A stretch of DNA of 64,000 nt from Myxococcales bacterium (GCA_037445065.1 JBBILD010000003.1:96001-160000), one strand, 5' to 3'; numbered from the stretch's first letter, positions 29,049 to 39,002 are shown. Notes: generated from the letters alone by a model not told the origin. Program-made: numbers and translations.

Positions 29049-29879
29049 TTGGCCGGGGTCGAGGTCGGTGACGGCCTTCCAGTGCGGCTGATGGCGGCGA
29101 TCAACGTCAGTCCGGAGTCTTTTTACTCGGGCTCGGTGGCCCGCGGCCAGCGCGCGCTTGCCGCACGCGTGCGCAAGCTGACCGAAGAGGGGGCCGACTT
29201 CATTGATCTGGGGGCGATGTCTACTGCCCCGTATCGGGCGGGATGGATCGAGGAAGAAGAGGAGCGAAAGCGCCTGGTGGCGGCGGTCAAGGTGGCCTGC
29301 GCGGAAAGTGCCCTGCCGATTTCTGTGGACACCCAGCGGGCTAGCGTGGCGGAGGCTGCGCTAGAAGCCGGGGCTCGGATTCTGAACGATGTGAGCGGCT
29401 TGTCTGCTGACCCCCGCATGGGGCGGGTAGCCCAATGCTTCGAAGGCGTGATTCTCATGGCAAACGAGCGAGGACCGAGCCGGCTGCCGCCGCTGGCGTT
29501 GGTGGGCCGATTGCTCCGCCAAGCCCTCGAGCGAGCGCGCCAGGCCGGCGTTGCCGCGGGACGAGTCGTGGTCGATCCGGGAATCGGATTTTTCCGCCAA
29601 GCGTTCCTGCCTTGGTATGAATTCGATGTCACGGTCTTGGCGGGGCTGGGCCGGTTGCGCCGGCTCGGCAGGCCGATTCTGGTAGGAGCGTCCCGCAAGT
29701 CCTTCTTGGGGAAGTGGACCGGCCGCCAAGATCCAAGCGAACGGCTGGCCGCATCGGTGGCCGCGGCTGCGGTGGCGGTTCTCCACGGGGCGCATATCGT
29801 GCGCACGCACGACGTAGCGCCCACGTGTGACGCTGTACGGATCGCCGAAGCGGTTCGTGCTGCCGCGGGTATGCGTTGA
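29049..29879 (+). CDS. folP: Dihydropteroate synthase (archaeal-type motifs)
   Basis: INVSPESF, GADFIDLG, ISVDT, LNDVSG, VDPGIGF, GASRKSF, IVRTHDV; start uncertain (28986-29091). Confidence 0.87.
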   Translation: MAGVEVGDGLPVRLMAAINVSPESFYSGSVARGQRALAARVRKLTEEGADFIDLGAMSTAPYRAGWIEEEEERKRLVAAVKVACAESALPISVDTQRASVAEAALEAGARILNDVSGLSADPRMGRVAQCFEGVILMANERGPSRLPPLALVGRLLRQALERARQAGVAAGRVVVDPGIGFFRQAFLPWYEFDVTVLAGLGRLRRLGRPILVGASRKSFLGKWTGRQDPSERLAASVAAAAVAVLHGAHIVRTHDVAPTCDAVRIAEAVRAAAGMR

Positions 29880-29985
29880 CTTACCTCCCTTACCGCGTTT
29901 AACTTTGACGCGTGGTCATTACCGCAATCACTTTGGTATTGCTGCGCTGGTGCTTCGGGCGCTTTCACACGCGCGAGGGGGAGGT

Positions 29986-30486
29986 ATGAGCGCACGCCGC
30001 GCCGGTGGGGCCACAGGCCACCGCAGTTCGATCATGAACGTCGGCAAGCGGGTGGATTATGCCGTGCGTGCCCTTTGTTATATCGCGGCGCAACCGGAGA
30101 ACCGCTACGTGCCGCGGCGGGAAATCGAGAAACGGCAGCGAATTCCATCGCACTTCTTGTCGAAAATTCTGCGCCGGCTGGTGGAGTCGGGCCTGCTGGC
30201 TTCGGTTCCCGGAGCTCACGGTGGCTTTCGCTTGAGCCGCACCCCGGATCGGATCTCTTTGCGCGAGGTTTACGAGAGCATCGAAGGCCCCTTGAATTTA
30301 ATTGACTGCGTCAAGGACGAGGAGGAAGCTTGTTGCTTCGCCTCCGTCTGTACGCAGATCCACGTTTGGCGTGGAGCCCAGCAGCTCCTTCAGCGGTACT
30401 TGGAGGACATCACGATTCAAACCATCGCGGACCGGGAAGGCTTGGTTGCCCGGTTGAACGAGAAAGAACACCCCGTGGCCGTGTGA
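29986..30486 (+). CDS. Rrf2 family transcriptional regulator with Cys ligands (IscR-like)
   Basis: [39 protein letters not shown]7-CC-X4-C; alternative start 30034. Confidence 0.9.
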   Translation: MSARRAGGATGHRSSIMNVGKRVDYAVRALCYIAAQPENRYVPRREIEKRQRIPSHFLSKILRRLVESGLLASVPGAHGGFRLSRTPDRISLREVYESIEGPLNLIDCVKDEEEACCFASVCTQIHVWRGAQQLLQRYLEDITIQTIADREGLVARLNEKEHPVAV

Positions 30487-30514
30487 GGTTTTGGGGAAAC
30501 GTCAGGAGGAGGAA

Positions 30515-30865
30515 ATGGCGTACGTGATCACCCGCTTGTGCATCGACTGCGTGGATACGGCTTGTGTTTCCGTGTGTCCGGTGGACTGCATTTACGAGTA
30601 TACGGGGAGCGACCGCGAGCACTTTCCGAATCAGTTGTACATCCATCCGGATGAGTGCATTGACTGTGGAGCATGCGAGCCAGAGTGTCCCTGGCAAGCG
30701 ATCTTCGAGGCGAGTGCGGTACCGGAGATCTTCAAGAGCGATATTGAATTAAATGCGCAGGTGGCGGCGAACCCGAGTGACTTCCAAGTGAAGAAGCACG
30801 AACAAAAGCCGAAGCCCACCCCGGAACAGGTTGAAGCGAACAAACGCAAGTGGGGTTGGGCGTAA
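30515..30865 (+). CDS. fdxA: FdxA-type dicluster ferredoxin
   Basis: [27 protein letters not shown]...[36 protein letters not shown]. Confidence 0.93.
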   Translation: MAYVITRLCIDCVDTACVSVCPVDCIYEYTGSDREHFPNQLYIHPDECIDCGACEPECPWQAIFEASAVPEIFKSDIELNAQVAANPSDFQVKKHEQKPKPTPEQVEANKRKWGWA

Positions 30866-30905
30866 GCCCCTTTTGCGAGGCTCTTTTCGGGATTCAACCT
30901 TCTAG

Positions 30906-30944
30906 GCTTGGAGCCGCTCGCGGGCAGCGGCTCCAAGCGTTTTT
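30906..30944 (+). terminator. Intrinsic terminator after ferredoxin
   Basis: 13-bp stem GCTTGGAGCCGCT/AGCGGCTCCAAGC followed by GTTTTT, between convergent genes. Confidence 0.7.
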
Positions 30945-30963
30945 GCTGGCATCCAACTGCTCC

Positions 30964-32460
30964 TCAGCGGGTGGTCCGCTCCACTGCCTCTAAGCAGCGA
31001 GCGATCGTGCGCTCGCGGTCCGGTGGTGGGCTCCACCCAAACCGCTGGCGTAGGGAATCCGCTTGCGCGAGCACTAGTAGAGTACGGGCAATCACTTCTG
31101 GCTTGCGGAACGCCTCCTCAGGAGGTTCGAACATGTTGATCATGCGCAGGAAGGCGCGAAAGACCACCGGGTCCACACGCATGGCAACTGCGACTCCGTC
31201 GCGAAAGAATCGCTCCTGCAGGCGCTCGGTCCACCGGTGGGGCGGGCGCCCTTCGTAACGGCGAACAGCGTCTCGATCGGCGATCACAGAGGCCCGGTAG
31301 TACGGCTGCAGCAGAACGTGACTCGAGTGCTCGTACTCGAGAATGGCCTGGCGCCAGTCGCCCGCGTAGTGCTGGAGGATATCGGTGAGTAGGGTTGCTT
31401 GCAGGAATGCTTGCGCGCAGCCCCGCCCGTAGAGAGGGTTTGTGCAGTAGGCAGCGTCACCGGTGAGAAAAAAGCGCAAGGCGATCGGCCCCCCCTGATC
31501 CACTAGGCTGCGCCGGCGGTTCACGAGTCCTCCCATGGCTTCCACTGGGCGGGGTGAGTCACGCAGTGGGGTGGCGATACAAGGGTCGATCCAATCGCGC
31601 AGACCCGGGATCGCCGCTACCAAGGTATCGAAAGCGGCCGCCTTGGCTAAAACCTTGAGCCTCTGTTCAGCCACCGGGACCGCAAGTGTGATCGAAAAGA
31701 CACCGTTTTCTGCTGGGAAAACGGCGTACTTCACCCAGTCGTAGTCACCGACCCAGGGGTCGCTCCCCGCTACCGGTTCCACGCTTTCCTCGCGCAGCCG
31801 GTAGAAGCGGGTGTAGTAAACGATCCCGGACGCTTCCTTTCGTTCGCGCAAGGGTCGGGCCCCGAGTTGTTGTAGCCACCGCTCCGCTTGCGAGCGGCGG
31901 CCGCTGGCGTCCACGACAAAGTGGGCGCGAACGGTCCGTTCTTTTCCAGACGCACTGCGTACGCGCACCCCACTCACCACCGGAGTGGAGCCGCTGACGC
32001 CAAGTAGAGATAGAACCTCTGTTCCATCCTCGAACTGCACTGTAGGTTCGGCCTGGACCAGTTGGCGCAAAACCATTTCGAAGGTCATGCGCCGGATGCC
32101 GATCGTGACCAGATCTTCGTCGCCCGGCTCCTGCCGAATCGGCCCCAAAGTTGGCGGAGGCCGATCCAGCGGGCGCATTTCACGAGCCCCAGCAGCAAGC
32201 AAAGCGGCGAGCAGGTCGGGGTAACGCTCGCACAGCAAAGCACGCAGGCGGCCCAGAAAGACGTGGGAATGTCGGGCCTGAGGCACGCCCGGCCGGCGCC
32301 ACGAGGAGAAGGCAGCGTCTGGCCCTTCCGGAGGCGGTGGATCTTTCTCGAGAACCCGTACTTCCGCTCCGCTCCGCGCTAAAGCTAGCGCTGCAGCCAG
32401 GCCCGCGATCCCCCCGCCGATTACCACGGCACGGTAACCACTCAGCGTGCGGTGCAGCAT
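30964..32460 (-). CDS. FAD-dependent oxidoreductase/monooxygenase
   Basis: VVIGGGIAGL, RPGVPQARHSH, VVDASGRRS, GDAAYCTNPLYGRG; alternative start 32514. Confidence 0.87.
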   Translation of the reverse strand: MLHRTLSGYRAVVIGGGIAGLAAALALARSGAEVRVLEKDPPPPEGPDAAFSSWRRPGVPQARHSHVFLGRLRALLCERYPDLLAALLAAGAREMRPLDRPPPTLGPIRQEPGDEDLVTIGIRRMTFEMVLRQLVQAEPTVQFEDGTEVLSLLGVSGSTPVVSGVRVRSASGKERTVRAHFVVDASGRRSQAERWLQQLGARPLRERKEASGIVYYTRFYRLREESVEPVAGSDPWVGDYDWVKYAVFPAENGVFSITLAVPVAEQRLKVLAKAAAFDTLVAAIPGLRDWIDPCIATPLRDSPRPVEAMGGLVNRRRSLVDQGGPIALRFFLTGDAAYCTNPLYGRGCAQAFLQATLLTDILQHYAGDWRQAILEYEHSSHVLLQPYYRASVIADRDAVRRYEGRPPHRWTERLQERFFRDGVAVAMRVDPVVFRAFLRMINMFEPPEEAFRKPEVIARTLLVLAQADSLRQRFGWSPPPDRERTIARCLEAVERTTR

Positions 32461-32535
32461 GGCTTGCGGGCACTCCAACGTCCGCCCGGCTAGCCCCGCC
32501 TCGAGCCCGGCCATGAGGGAGTCAGCGCGGGTGCT

Positions 32536-33612
32536 TTAGCTGGCCAGTGGCAGCATGCTCCGTGCTTCGAACCGGTCTCCCCACAGGATACCGGCCTTGC
32601 GATATTTTTCCTCGGTGCGTTCGGTGATCAGTCCGAGCCGAATCAGGTTGGGGATCACTGTGTGCATGTACACTTCGCTGTTGATCTGTGCCCACTGCGG
32701 TAACGCATGCAGGGACTGCACGACGGCGTCAGGGTCCAGGCCGTATTTGGGTGCCGCCACCCGGAGGAAATCGAGCTGCTGATTGGCGTTGAGCGTTTCC
32801 AGGATATTGAAGGCGAAGTCCTCCATTTCCTCTAGTTCCTCTGGGCTTGCTTCTTTGACGACGCGGCGCATCGTCAGCACCCCGAAGGCCGCGTGGCGTG
32901 CCTCATCAATTTGCACCCGCCGCAAGATGTCCTTGATCAGTGGGTTCGAGGCCACACGGACGATCTGGTCGAAAATCGCTACTGCCATGCCCTCGAACAG
33001 GGTCTGCATGCCGAGCATTTTGAGCTTCCAGGTGGGGGCTTCCAGGAGTCGATCGAGGAGGACCTTGAGCGTCGGATCGATCGGGTAAACCGTGCCCAAC
33101 TTGCGTTGCAAGAACTTGGACAACACTTCCACGTGCCGAGCCTCGTCAATCACCTGCGAGGCTGCGTAGAACTTTTGGTCCATCGTTGGGCAGGTATTCG
33201 TGAGCTGGCCGCAAAGCTGGAGGGCCGCCTGCTCACCGTGCAGCAACTGAGAGAGTAAGTGAGCGAACTCCTCGAAAGCGGCTTGCCGGCAGGTTTCTTC
33301 GTCCACGCCCATGGACGTCAGCAGTGTGGGCAGGAGCAACGCGTTCTCGCGCGGGACGAACCATTCGTCGCGAGGAAACGGGATCGACCAATCGACGTCA
33401 GTTTCCGCATTCCACTGGCCCTTTTTCCCTCGTTCGTAAAGAGCCCGCAGTTCCTCGACCTCGCTGCCGTACTCCCAACTCCAGTGCAGCTCGAGGGGGA
33501 CGGGGACGTCGAGTTTTTTGCGCAGCGCAGCAATTTCCTGCTCATCCACGAACTCGACCACTTCGAAGTCGTCCCCTAGTTTGCGCCGGTGGTCCGCCAG
33601 AATCTTTTCCAT
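32536..33612 (-). CDS. Ferritin-like di-iron oxygenase family protein
   Basis: SQLLHGEQAAL, DEARH, EGMA, second DEARH = two E..ExxH di-iron ligand sets. Confidence 0.82.
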   Translation of the reverse strand: MEKILADHRRKLGDDFEVVEFVDEQEIAALRKKLDVPVPLELHWSWEYGSEVEELRALYERGKKGQWNAETDVDWSIPFPRDEWFVPRENALLLPTLLTSMGVDEETCRQAAFEEFAHLLSQLLHGEQAALQLCGQLTNTCPTMDQKFYAASQVIDEARHVEVLSKFLQRKLGTVYPIDPTLKVLLDRLLEAPTWKLKMLGMQTLFEGMAVAIFDQIVRVASNPLIKDILRRVQIDEARHAAFGVLTMRRVVKEASPEELEEMEDFAFNILETLNANQQLDFLRVAAPKYGLDPDAVVQSLHALPQWAQINSEVYMHTVIPNLIRLGLITERTEEKYRKAGILWGDRFEARSMLPLAS

Positions 33613-33631
33613 CTCTTCCTCCCTTTTTCCT

Positions 33632-34291
33632 TTACGTGGCCTGGACTGCGGCCACTTGCGGCCGCACCAAGATGCCACCGTACAACAAGGCTTTCACGGC
33701 CTCGCGCCGCTTGCGCACGGCTGCGGGCGCAAACAGCGATTGGCGCAACAGCGTCTCTCCAAACTCCCCCGAAGCAAAGTGGTACACGAGTAAACCGACT
33801 AAGCTTTGCAAGGTGTGCGGAATGCTCGCCAGCCGGAAAACTCCTTGCTCCATGCCCTCGCGCAAAAGCCGCGCCACGTGACTGAACAAGCGCTCGATGG
33901 TCTGATCCACGGCTTTTTCTTCCTCGCTTTCTCCGGCCAAGTCATCATCCTCGAACAGCGAGCGAAGCAGAAGCCGGGCGCGCGTCGGTTGCTCGGCAAG
34001 AGTGTCAATCATGGCATCGAGCCACCGATCGAACCGCTCGAAGGCATCGCCCCCAGCACTGATTGCTTGCAGCGTGCGCTTCTCAAACTCGTGGAGAATG
34101 CGTCCGGCCACCGCCGCGTACAGCTCGGTTTTTCCTCGAAAGTGATGCAGCAGTCCCGACTTGCTGATCCCGGCTGCTTCTGCCAGCTCACGCAAGCCGA
34201 CGCCGGAGAAGCCTCGCCGCGCGAACAATTTTTCCGCGGCGTCGAGAATCTTTTCGCGTGAATCAAGTTCGAGGGCGTTTACCTCGGCCAT
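33632..34291 (-). CDS. TetR/AcrR family transcriptional regulator
   Basis: REKILDAAEKLFARRGFSGVGLRELAEAAGISKSGLLHHFRGKTELY. Confidence 0.93.
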   Translation of the reverse strand: MAEVNALELDSREKILDAAEKLFARRGFSGVGLRELAEAAGISKSGLLHHFRGKTELYAAVAGRILHEFEKRTLQAISAGGDAFERFDRWLDAMIDTLAEQPTRARLLLRSLFEDDDLAGESEEEKAVDQTIERLFSHVARLLREGMEQGVFRLASIPHTLQSLVGLLVYHFASGEFGETLLRQSLFAPAAVRKRREAVKALLYGGILVRPQVAAVQAT

Positions 34292-34304
34292 TGCCAACCT
34301 TCCG

Positions 34305-34347
34305 ACCGACCGGTCGGTTGTCTACGTGGGTGGCGCATGCGAGTCAA
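34305..34347 (-). promoter_or_regulatory. Sigma70-like promoter with perfect palindromic TetR operator
   Basis: Minus-strand TTGACT-17bp-TAGACA, followed immediately by the perfect palindrome ACCGACCGGTCGGT (34305-34318). Confidence 0.65.
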
Positions 34348-34609
34348 GAGCAGAGGTGTACGCGGAGGGGTTCGTTGCGCGGATGAACGCCTGCGCGCTG
34401 CCGTTGGGCTTTGGGCGAACGGGCCATGCCGGGCGACTTCAGTTGCCTTCCCGCGGGTGCTTGCGGCAGCGGCGCCTCTCGGTCAAGCGCGCGGTACACA
34501 CGCGGGTCGGGATCAAGCGCGAGCGAGGTCCCAACTCCCGAGTGCCCGGGTTGCAGGCCGGTTTTGTGCGGTTCCCGTGGGCGCGTGTGCTTTCGGTGTC
34601 GACGGCCCG

Positions 34610-34846
34610 TTAGGCTTGATCCCGCGAGGAGGGTGGTGGGCGGTCAGTGGGATGCCGCAGCGAATACGCTACCCAAATTCCGAATGCGGCGATCCCGACG
34701 AGCCACTTGAACCACGCCGGTCCGCTGAGCAGCAGGATGAGCCCAATCAAGATCGCCGGGATGCCGATGAGGACTGCGAGCAAGAAGAGAATCACCTGGT
34801 CGAGCAAGCGAGCCGAATCGCGAAATAGCTGTTCCAAGTCGCGCAT
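34610..34846 (-). CDS. Small two-TM membrane protein
   Basis: MRDLEQLFRDSARLLDQVILFLLAVLIGIPAILIGLILLLSGPAWFKWLVGIAAFGIWVAYSL. Confidence 0.55.
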   Translation of the reverse strand: MRDLEQLFRDSARLLDQVILFLLAVLIGIPAILIGLILLLSGPAWFKWLVGIAAFGIWVAYSLRHPTDRPPPSSRDQA

Positions 34847-35378
34847 TTCCAAGAGCCAGCGGAAAGCCAACCAACACTGCCCAAACGCCAGGCCACTACT
34901 TCGTGTGAGTACGGGCCCAATCGCACGGCGCCCGGCCCGGTGTGGTGCACAGTGGGAAGAAGCAGGAAGTTGCATCAATCGTAGTGTGCCGCGACTTGGG
35001 GATAGGAGGCAAGTGGGAGAGGGCGGAAGTGCCAAGGGCGGAGGTGGCCTCCTCCGGCCGCTTTTCGCCGCGGGCCGCCGCGTGTTCCCGCTGCAAAGTG
35101 GGCCGTCCTGATCCAATTGGTTCGAGGGAGAGGGACTCGAATCCTTCCGGGTGTGTGTCTGAGCCATCTCGTGCAGGTGCGCCGCGGAGTCGAGTCCCGT
35201 GGTGGAGCGACCTCGATGGCGAGTGGCCATACCGGCGGCTGGTTAGTTCCGGGAGATGATTCCCGGTGAGCGAAGAGAGGTAGCGATGCGGGTAAACTCC
35301 AGGCACGCGACCTCGGTTGGAGCGGAAGTCGGGGATCACAGGGTGATGCCCGCTGGTGGCGACACCCGTGGCGTCAGC

Positions 35379-37040
35379 TCAGCTTGCGGGGTTGCTGGAG
35401 CAGTCCTGCGCGTTGGGCTTCGGATCTCGAAGGCCGCGGTTCCTTGCCGGAGCGGCGCAGCCCTTTCGCAGCAATTCAACTGCATGCTGCGCCTCCGGCG
35501 CAACCACGGCGATCAGTCGGGTGTTTGCCCGCAAGCGGCTCGTCGCAGTCGGCACCCATTCACGCTTCCCGTCCGAGCAACGGGCGAGAATGCAACCAGG
35601 TGGCAGGCCGAGAGAACGAACCTCTTGTCCGACAAACGGTGCCCCCGGTTCGATGAGAAACTCCACCACGAAGGGCTCGGTGGCCCCCAGAGCTACGCCC
35701 CGAGCGCGTAACTCGCGCTCGAGCAGAGCCTCGTAGATGGGTAGCTCGCGAAAGCCTTCTGCAACGACGTACGCAAAAAAGCAGCTCACGAGAAGCGGAA
35801 GGATTTGGTCGTAATTCCCGGTCATTTCCACAATCAACACGATGCCCGTCAACGGGGCGCGTACGACAGCCGCGAAATAGGCGGCCATTCCAACGACACC
35901 AAAGAGTGCCGGGATGGGTGCCGCGAAGGGAACCATCCTGTGAGCCACATGTCCCACGGTCAGGCCGAGCAGTGCTCCGAGTAGGAGCAAGGGGGCAAAA
36001 ATGCCCCCTGGGACTCCCGTGCCGTAACTGAGCATGGTCAGAACAAAGCGAAGGAAGAATAGCGCCACGATGCTGCTTCCGAGCAGCTCACCCCGCAAGC
36101 TGCGCTCGATTAGGGTCTGTCCGCTACCAGGCAACTCTGGCCAGAGCCATGCCAAGACGCCGATACTACCGCCAACCAGAGCTGCGGCAGCCACGCGCCG
36201 GCGACCAGGGAAACTGTCGAAGCAATCGAGGGTCGCCAGCAAGCAACGATTGAAGAACCAGCCGCCAAGCCCGGCGACAATGCCGAGCACAGCAAAAATC
36301 CCAAGAGCCGACAGTGGCGGCGCCGGGTAGGCTGGTACGGCAAACACGGGAAAGGGGCCGAATCCTACTCGCGCCACGACGTCGCCCACGATGGAAGCAA
36401 CAAATGCGGCGCCGAACACGATCGGCTGGAAGTCACGCCGCACCTCTTCCAACACGAAAATTAGACCGGCGAGTGGCGTATTGAACGCTGCAGCCAACCC
36501 AGCCCCGGCTCCTGCCGCGATGAGAGTGAGACGCTCTTGCTCGGAAACACTGAGCCACCGTGATACAGCATCACCGGCAGCACCGCCCATCTGTACAGTG
36601 GGCCCCTCGCGGCCCAACGCCAAGCCTGCGCCGATCGCTAGAGCGCCTCCAGCGAACTTGACGGGGATAAGCCGCCGCCAGTTGAGGTTGCGGAGGCGGT
36701 GAAATACTGCTTTCAAGTGAGGAATCCCGCTCCCCGCTGCTTCGGGTGCGTAGCGGGTGAGCACGGCCGCAGCGAACGCTCCGAGCGCTCCCCAAGCGCA
36801 GGGCCAGAGCCAACCCCACACGGGAGTGTGCTGGGCCCAGCGCACCAGCTCGTTGCGGAGGATCTCCGCTCCACCCACCGCTGCTCGGAAGAGCAAAGCG
36901 ATCGTCCCGGCCACCAGGCCCACCAGCGCGGCGCGGGGAAAAACCTGTCGGCGTTGTTGCTGTACCAGGAGAAAGTCTTCGAGCTCGGAACGCAGCCGTT
37001 CGTCTCCAGCCCCAGCCTCGCCTGTAGTGCGTTCGCTCAT
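35379..37040 (-). CDS. clcA: ClC H+/Cl- exchange transporter with C-terminal TrkA-C/RCK_C domain
   Basis: GSGIP, GREGP, GLAAAFNTPLAG, LEE, GGIFAP, EMTGNY; C-terminal LGLPPGCIL. Confidence 0.9.
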   Translation of the reverse strand: MSERTTGEAGAGDERLRSELEDFLLVQQQRRQVFPRAALVGLVAGTIALLFRAAVGGAEILRNELVRWAQHTPVWGWLWPCAWGALGAFAAAVLTRYAPEAAGSGIPHLKAVFHRLRNLNWRRLIPVKFAGGALAIGAGLALGREGPTVQMGGAAGDAVSRWLSVSEQERLTLIAAGAGAGLAAAFNTPLAGLIFVLEEVRRDFQPIVFGAAFVASIVGDVVARVGFGPFPVFAVPAYPAPPLSALGIFAVLGIVAGLGGWFFNRCLLATLDCFDSFPGRRRVAAAALVGGSIGVLAWLWPELPGSGQTLIERSLRGELLGSSIVALFFLRFVLTMLSYGTGVPGGIFAPLLLLGALLGLTVGHVAHRMVPFAAPIPALFGVVGMAAYFAAVVRAPLTGIVLIVEMTGNYDQILPLLVSCFFAYVVAEGFRELPIYEALLERELRARGVALGATEPFVVEFLIEPGAPFVGQEVRSLGLPPGCILARCSDGKREWVPTATSRLRANTRLIAVVAPEAQHAVELLRKGCAAPARNRGLRDPKPNAQDCSSNPAS

Positions 37041-37352
37041 GAGAAGCACGGCTCTTCTAAAGTGTGGGAGAGCCAACGTAAACCTGTTCCGCATCGCCTG
37101 GAGCGTGAAGAGGATTGAGGAGTTGAACCGTGGTACGGGCTGCGCTGCACACCGGGGGACGTGCCGAGAATGGTGCGGAGCGAGCCGGGTCCGAAAATGC
37201 CACGAGGGAAGTTGGGAAGTTCTCTTGGTCGGGGCTCGGCCTCTTTGGCGGGTGAGGGAGGCGATGACTCGATCGCACCGTCGGTCCTGTCCCGTGTCTT
37301 CCCAGAGTAGGCGGAAGCAGATAAGTCCTGTGCACCGAAAGCGGTGAGTGGG

Positions 37353-38693
37353 ATGATGAATGCCAAGAACGCTGACGCGCGCGAAATCTATGCGGCGAAG
37401 AAGAAATCCTTGGACGAGGCCATCCGTTTGGTCGGTGCTGCGGACACCTTGGCCTTGCCGATTGCAACCGGCCAGCCGACTGCCTTTTTGAATGCCCTCG
37501 GCAAGCGCGATGATTTTACCGATCTGGTCGTGTTCTCGGCCCTGTTTGTCCAGCCGTACGCACTACTGCAGAAATCAGGGGTACGAGTTGTCTCTGGCTT
37601 CTTTGGCCCGATCGAGCGGATGCTCAAGAGCTTGGGCGCCCGGGTGGACTACTTGCCCGCAGACTTTCTCGGATGGGAACGCTACGCGCGTCTGGCTGCC
37701 CCGCGCGTAATGGCAAGTGCTGTGGCGCCCATGGATGAGCACGGCTTTCTCAACTTTGGCCTGCACGCCGGCGCGACTTTCCATGCATTTCTCGCGGCTG
37801 CGCGCGACCCGAACCGAGTCGCCATTGCAGAAGTCAATACCAACATGCCTCACGTGTATGGCATTGCACGCTGCGGCGGGCATCGCATTCATATTTCCGA
37901 GGTGGACTGCGTGGTCGAGTCCGATGATCCCATTTTCGAATTGCCCTCGGAGCCGATTACCGAGGTGGACCGCGCCATTGCGGAGCATGTGGAGCGGTTG
38001 ATTGACAACGGCGCCACGTTGCAGATCGGCATCGGTGGGGTGCCCAATTTGGTGGCGCAAATGCTCGCCCACGGGAAGAAGGGCGACTTTGGTGTCCACA
38101 CGGAAATGCTGGTGGAGGGCATCATGCACCTGCACGAGGCAGGCAAGGTGAGCAACCACAAGGGTGTGTTCGATGGCTACTCGGTGGCGACCTTTTGCGC
38201 TGGATCCCGGCAACTCTACGATTGGGTCCACCGCAACCCCGAGGTCCGCATGCTCCCCGTGAGCTATGTAAACGACCCCGCCATCATTCGGCGCAATCGC
38301 TCGATGGTAAGCATCAACGGCGCCCTTGCAGTGGACTTGACCGGGCAGGTCATGGCCGACACGATCGGCCCGCGCCAATATTCGGGGGTTGGTGGCCATG
38401 AGCTGTTTGTGATCGGGGCGCATGACAGTCCAGGTGGCAAAAGCATCATTTGCATGCACTCCACGGCGAATTCTTCCGGCGAACGGGTGTCCACCATCGT
38501 TCCTGCGCTCCCGCCCGGCACTCCGGTGACCACACCTCGCCACCATGTGCAGTACGTCATTACCGAGTACGGTGTGGCCCACTTAGCTCTGCTTCCCGAT
38601 CGTGAGCGAGCGTTTGCCCTGGCTGACATCGCTCACCCGGATTACCGAGAGGAGTTGCGCGCGGCGGCCCGGGAGCGGTTCGGAGGGAACTGA
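37353..38693 (+). CDS. Acetyl-CoA hydrolase/transferase family (4-hydroxybutyrate CoA-transferase-like)
   Basis: GATLQIGIGGVP, GVHTEML, SINGALAVDLTGQV, SGVGG, VITEYGVA. Confidence 0.9.
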   Translation: MMNAKNADAREIYAAKKKSLDEAIRLVGAADTLALPIATGQPTAFLNALGKRDDFTDLVVFSALFVQPYALLQKSGVRVVSGFFGPIERMLKSLGARVDYLPADFLGWERYARLAAPRVMASAVAPMDEHGFLNFGLHAGATFHAFLAAARDPNRVAIAEVNTNMPHVYGIARCGGHRIHISEVDCVVESDDPIFELPSEPITEVDRAIAEHVERLIDNGATLQIGIGGVPNLVAQMLAHGKKGDFGVHTEMLVEGIMHLHEAGKVSNHKGVFDGYSVATFCAGSRQLYDWVHRNPEVRMLPVSYVNDPAIIRRNRSMVSINGALAVDLTGQVMADTIGPRQYSGVGGHELFVIGAHDSPGGKSIICMHSTANSSGERVSTIVPALPPGTPVTTPRHHVQYVITEYGVAHLALLPDRERAFALADIAHPDYREELRAAARERFGGN

Positions 38694-38739
38694 GGGGCTG
38701 CACGAAGCAGGGCTGGCGATCCACCGGAGGGAGGCGGTC

Positions 38740-38895
38740 ATGTGGTATGCATGTCCTCGGTGTGGAGAAAAGCAACGTGTGAAACCTGCGGCAGGGACTT
38801 GCCCACGCTGTGGCGCTGCCCTGGTGTCGGAGAGCGAAAGCGAAGAACTCGAGCGGGACGCTGATTTGCCGCCGCCCAAGCGACGCCCGCTGTGA
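38740..38895 (+). CDS. Small CPxCG zinc-ribbon protein (51 aa)
   Basis: MWYACPRCGEKQRVKPAAGTCPRCGAAL; RBS GGAGGGAGG. Confidence 0.65.
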   Translation: MWYACPRCGEKQRVKPAAGTCPRCGAALVSESESEELERDADLPPPKRRPL

Positions 38896-38968
38896 AGTGC
38901 TAGCGGGTTCGCTTCGGCCTTGGGACCCGCACGAGCCGTGCACCGGCGTGGGAGAACCTCTTTGGGCA

Positions 38969-38999
38969 GAGAAAGCGCCGGAGGTCCCGGCGCTTTCTC
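38969..38999. terminator. Hairpin terminator between zinc-ribbon gene and tRNA-Arg
   Basis: Perfect 13-bp stem GAGAAAGCGCCGG/CCGGCGCTTTCTC, 5-nt loop, immediately 3' of the tRNA. Confidence 0.7.
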
Positions 39000-39002
39000 G
39001 CA

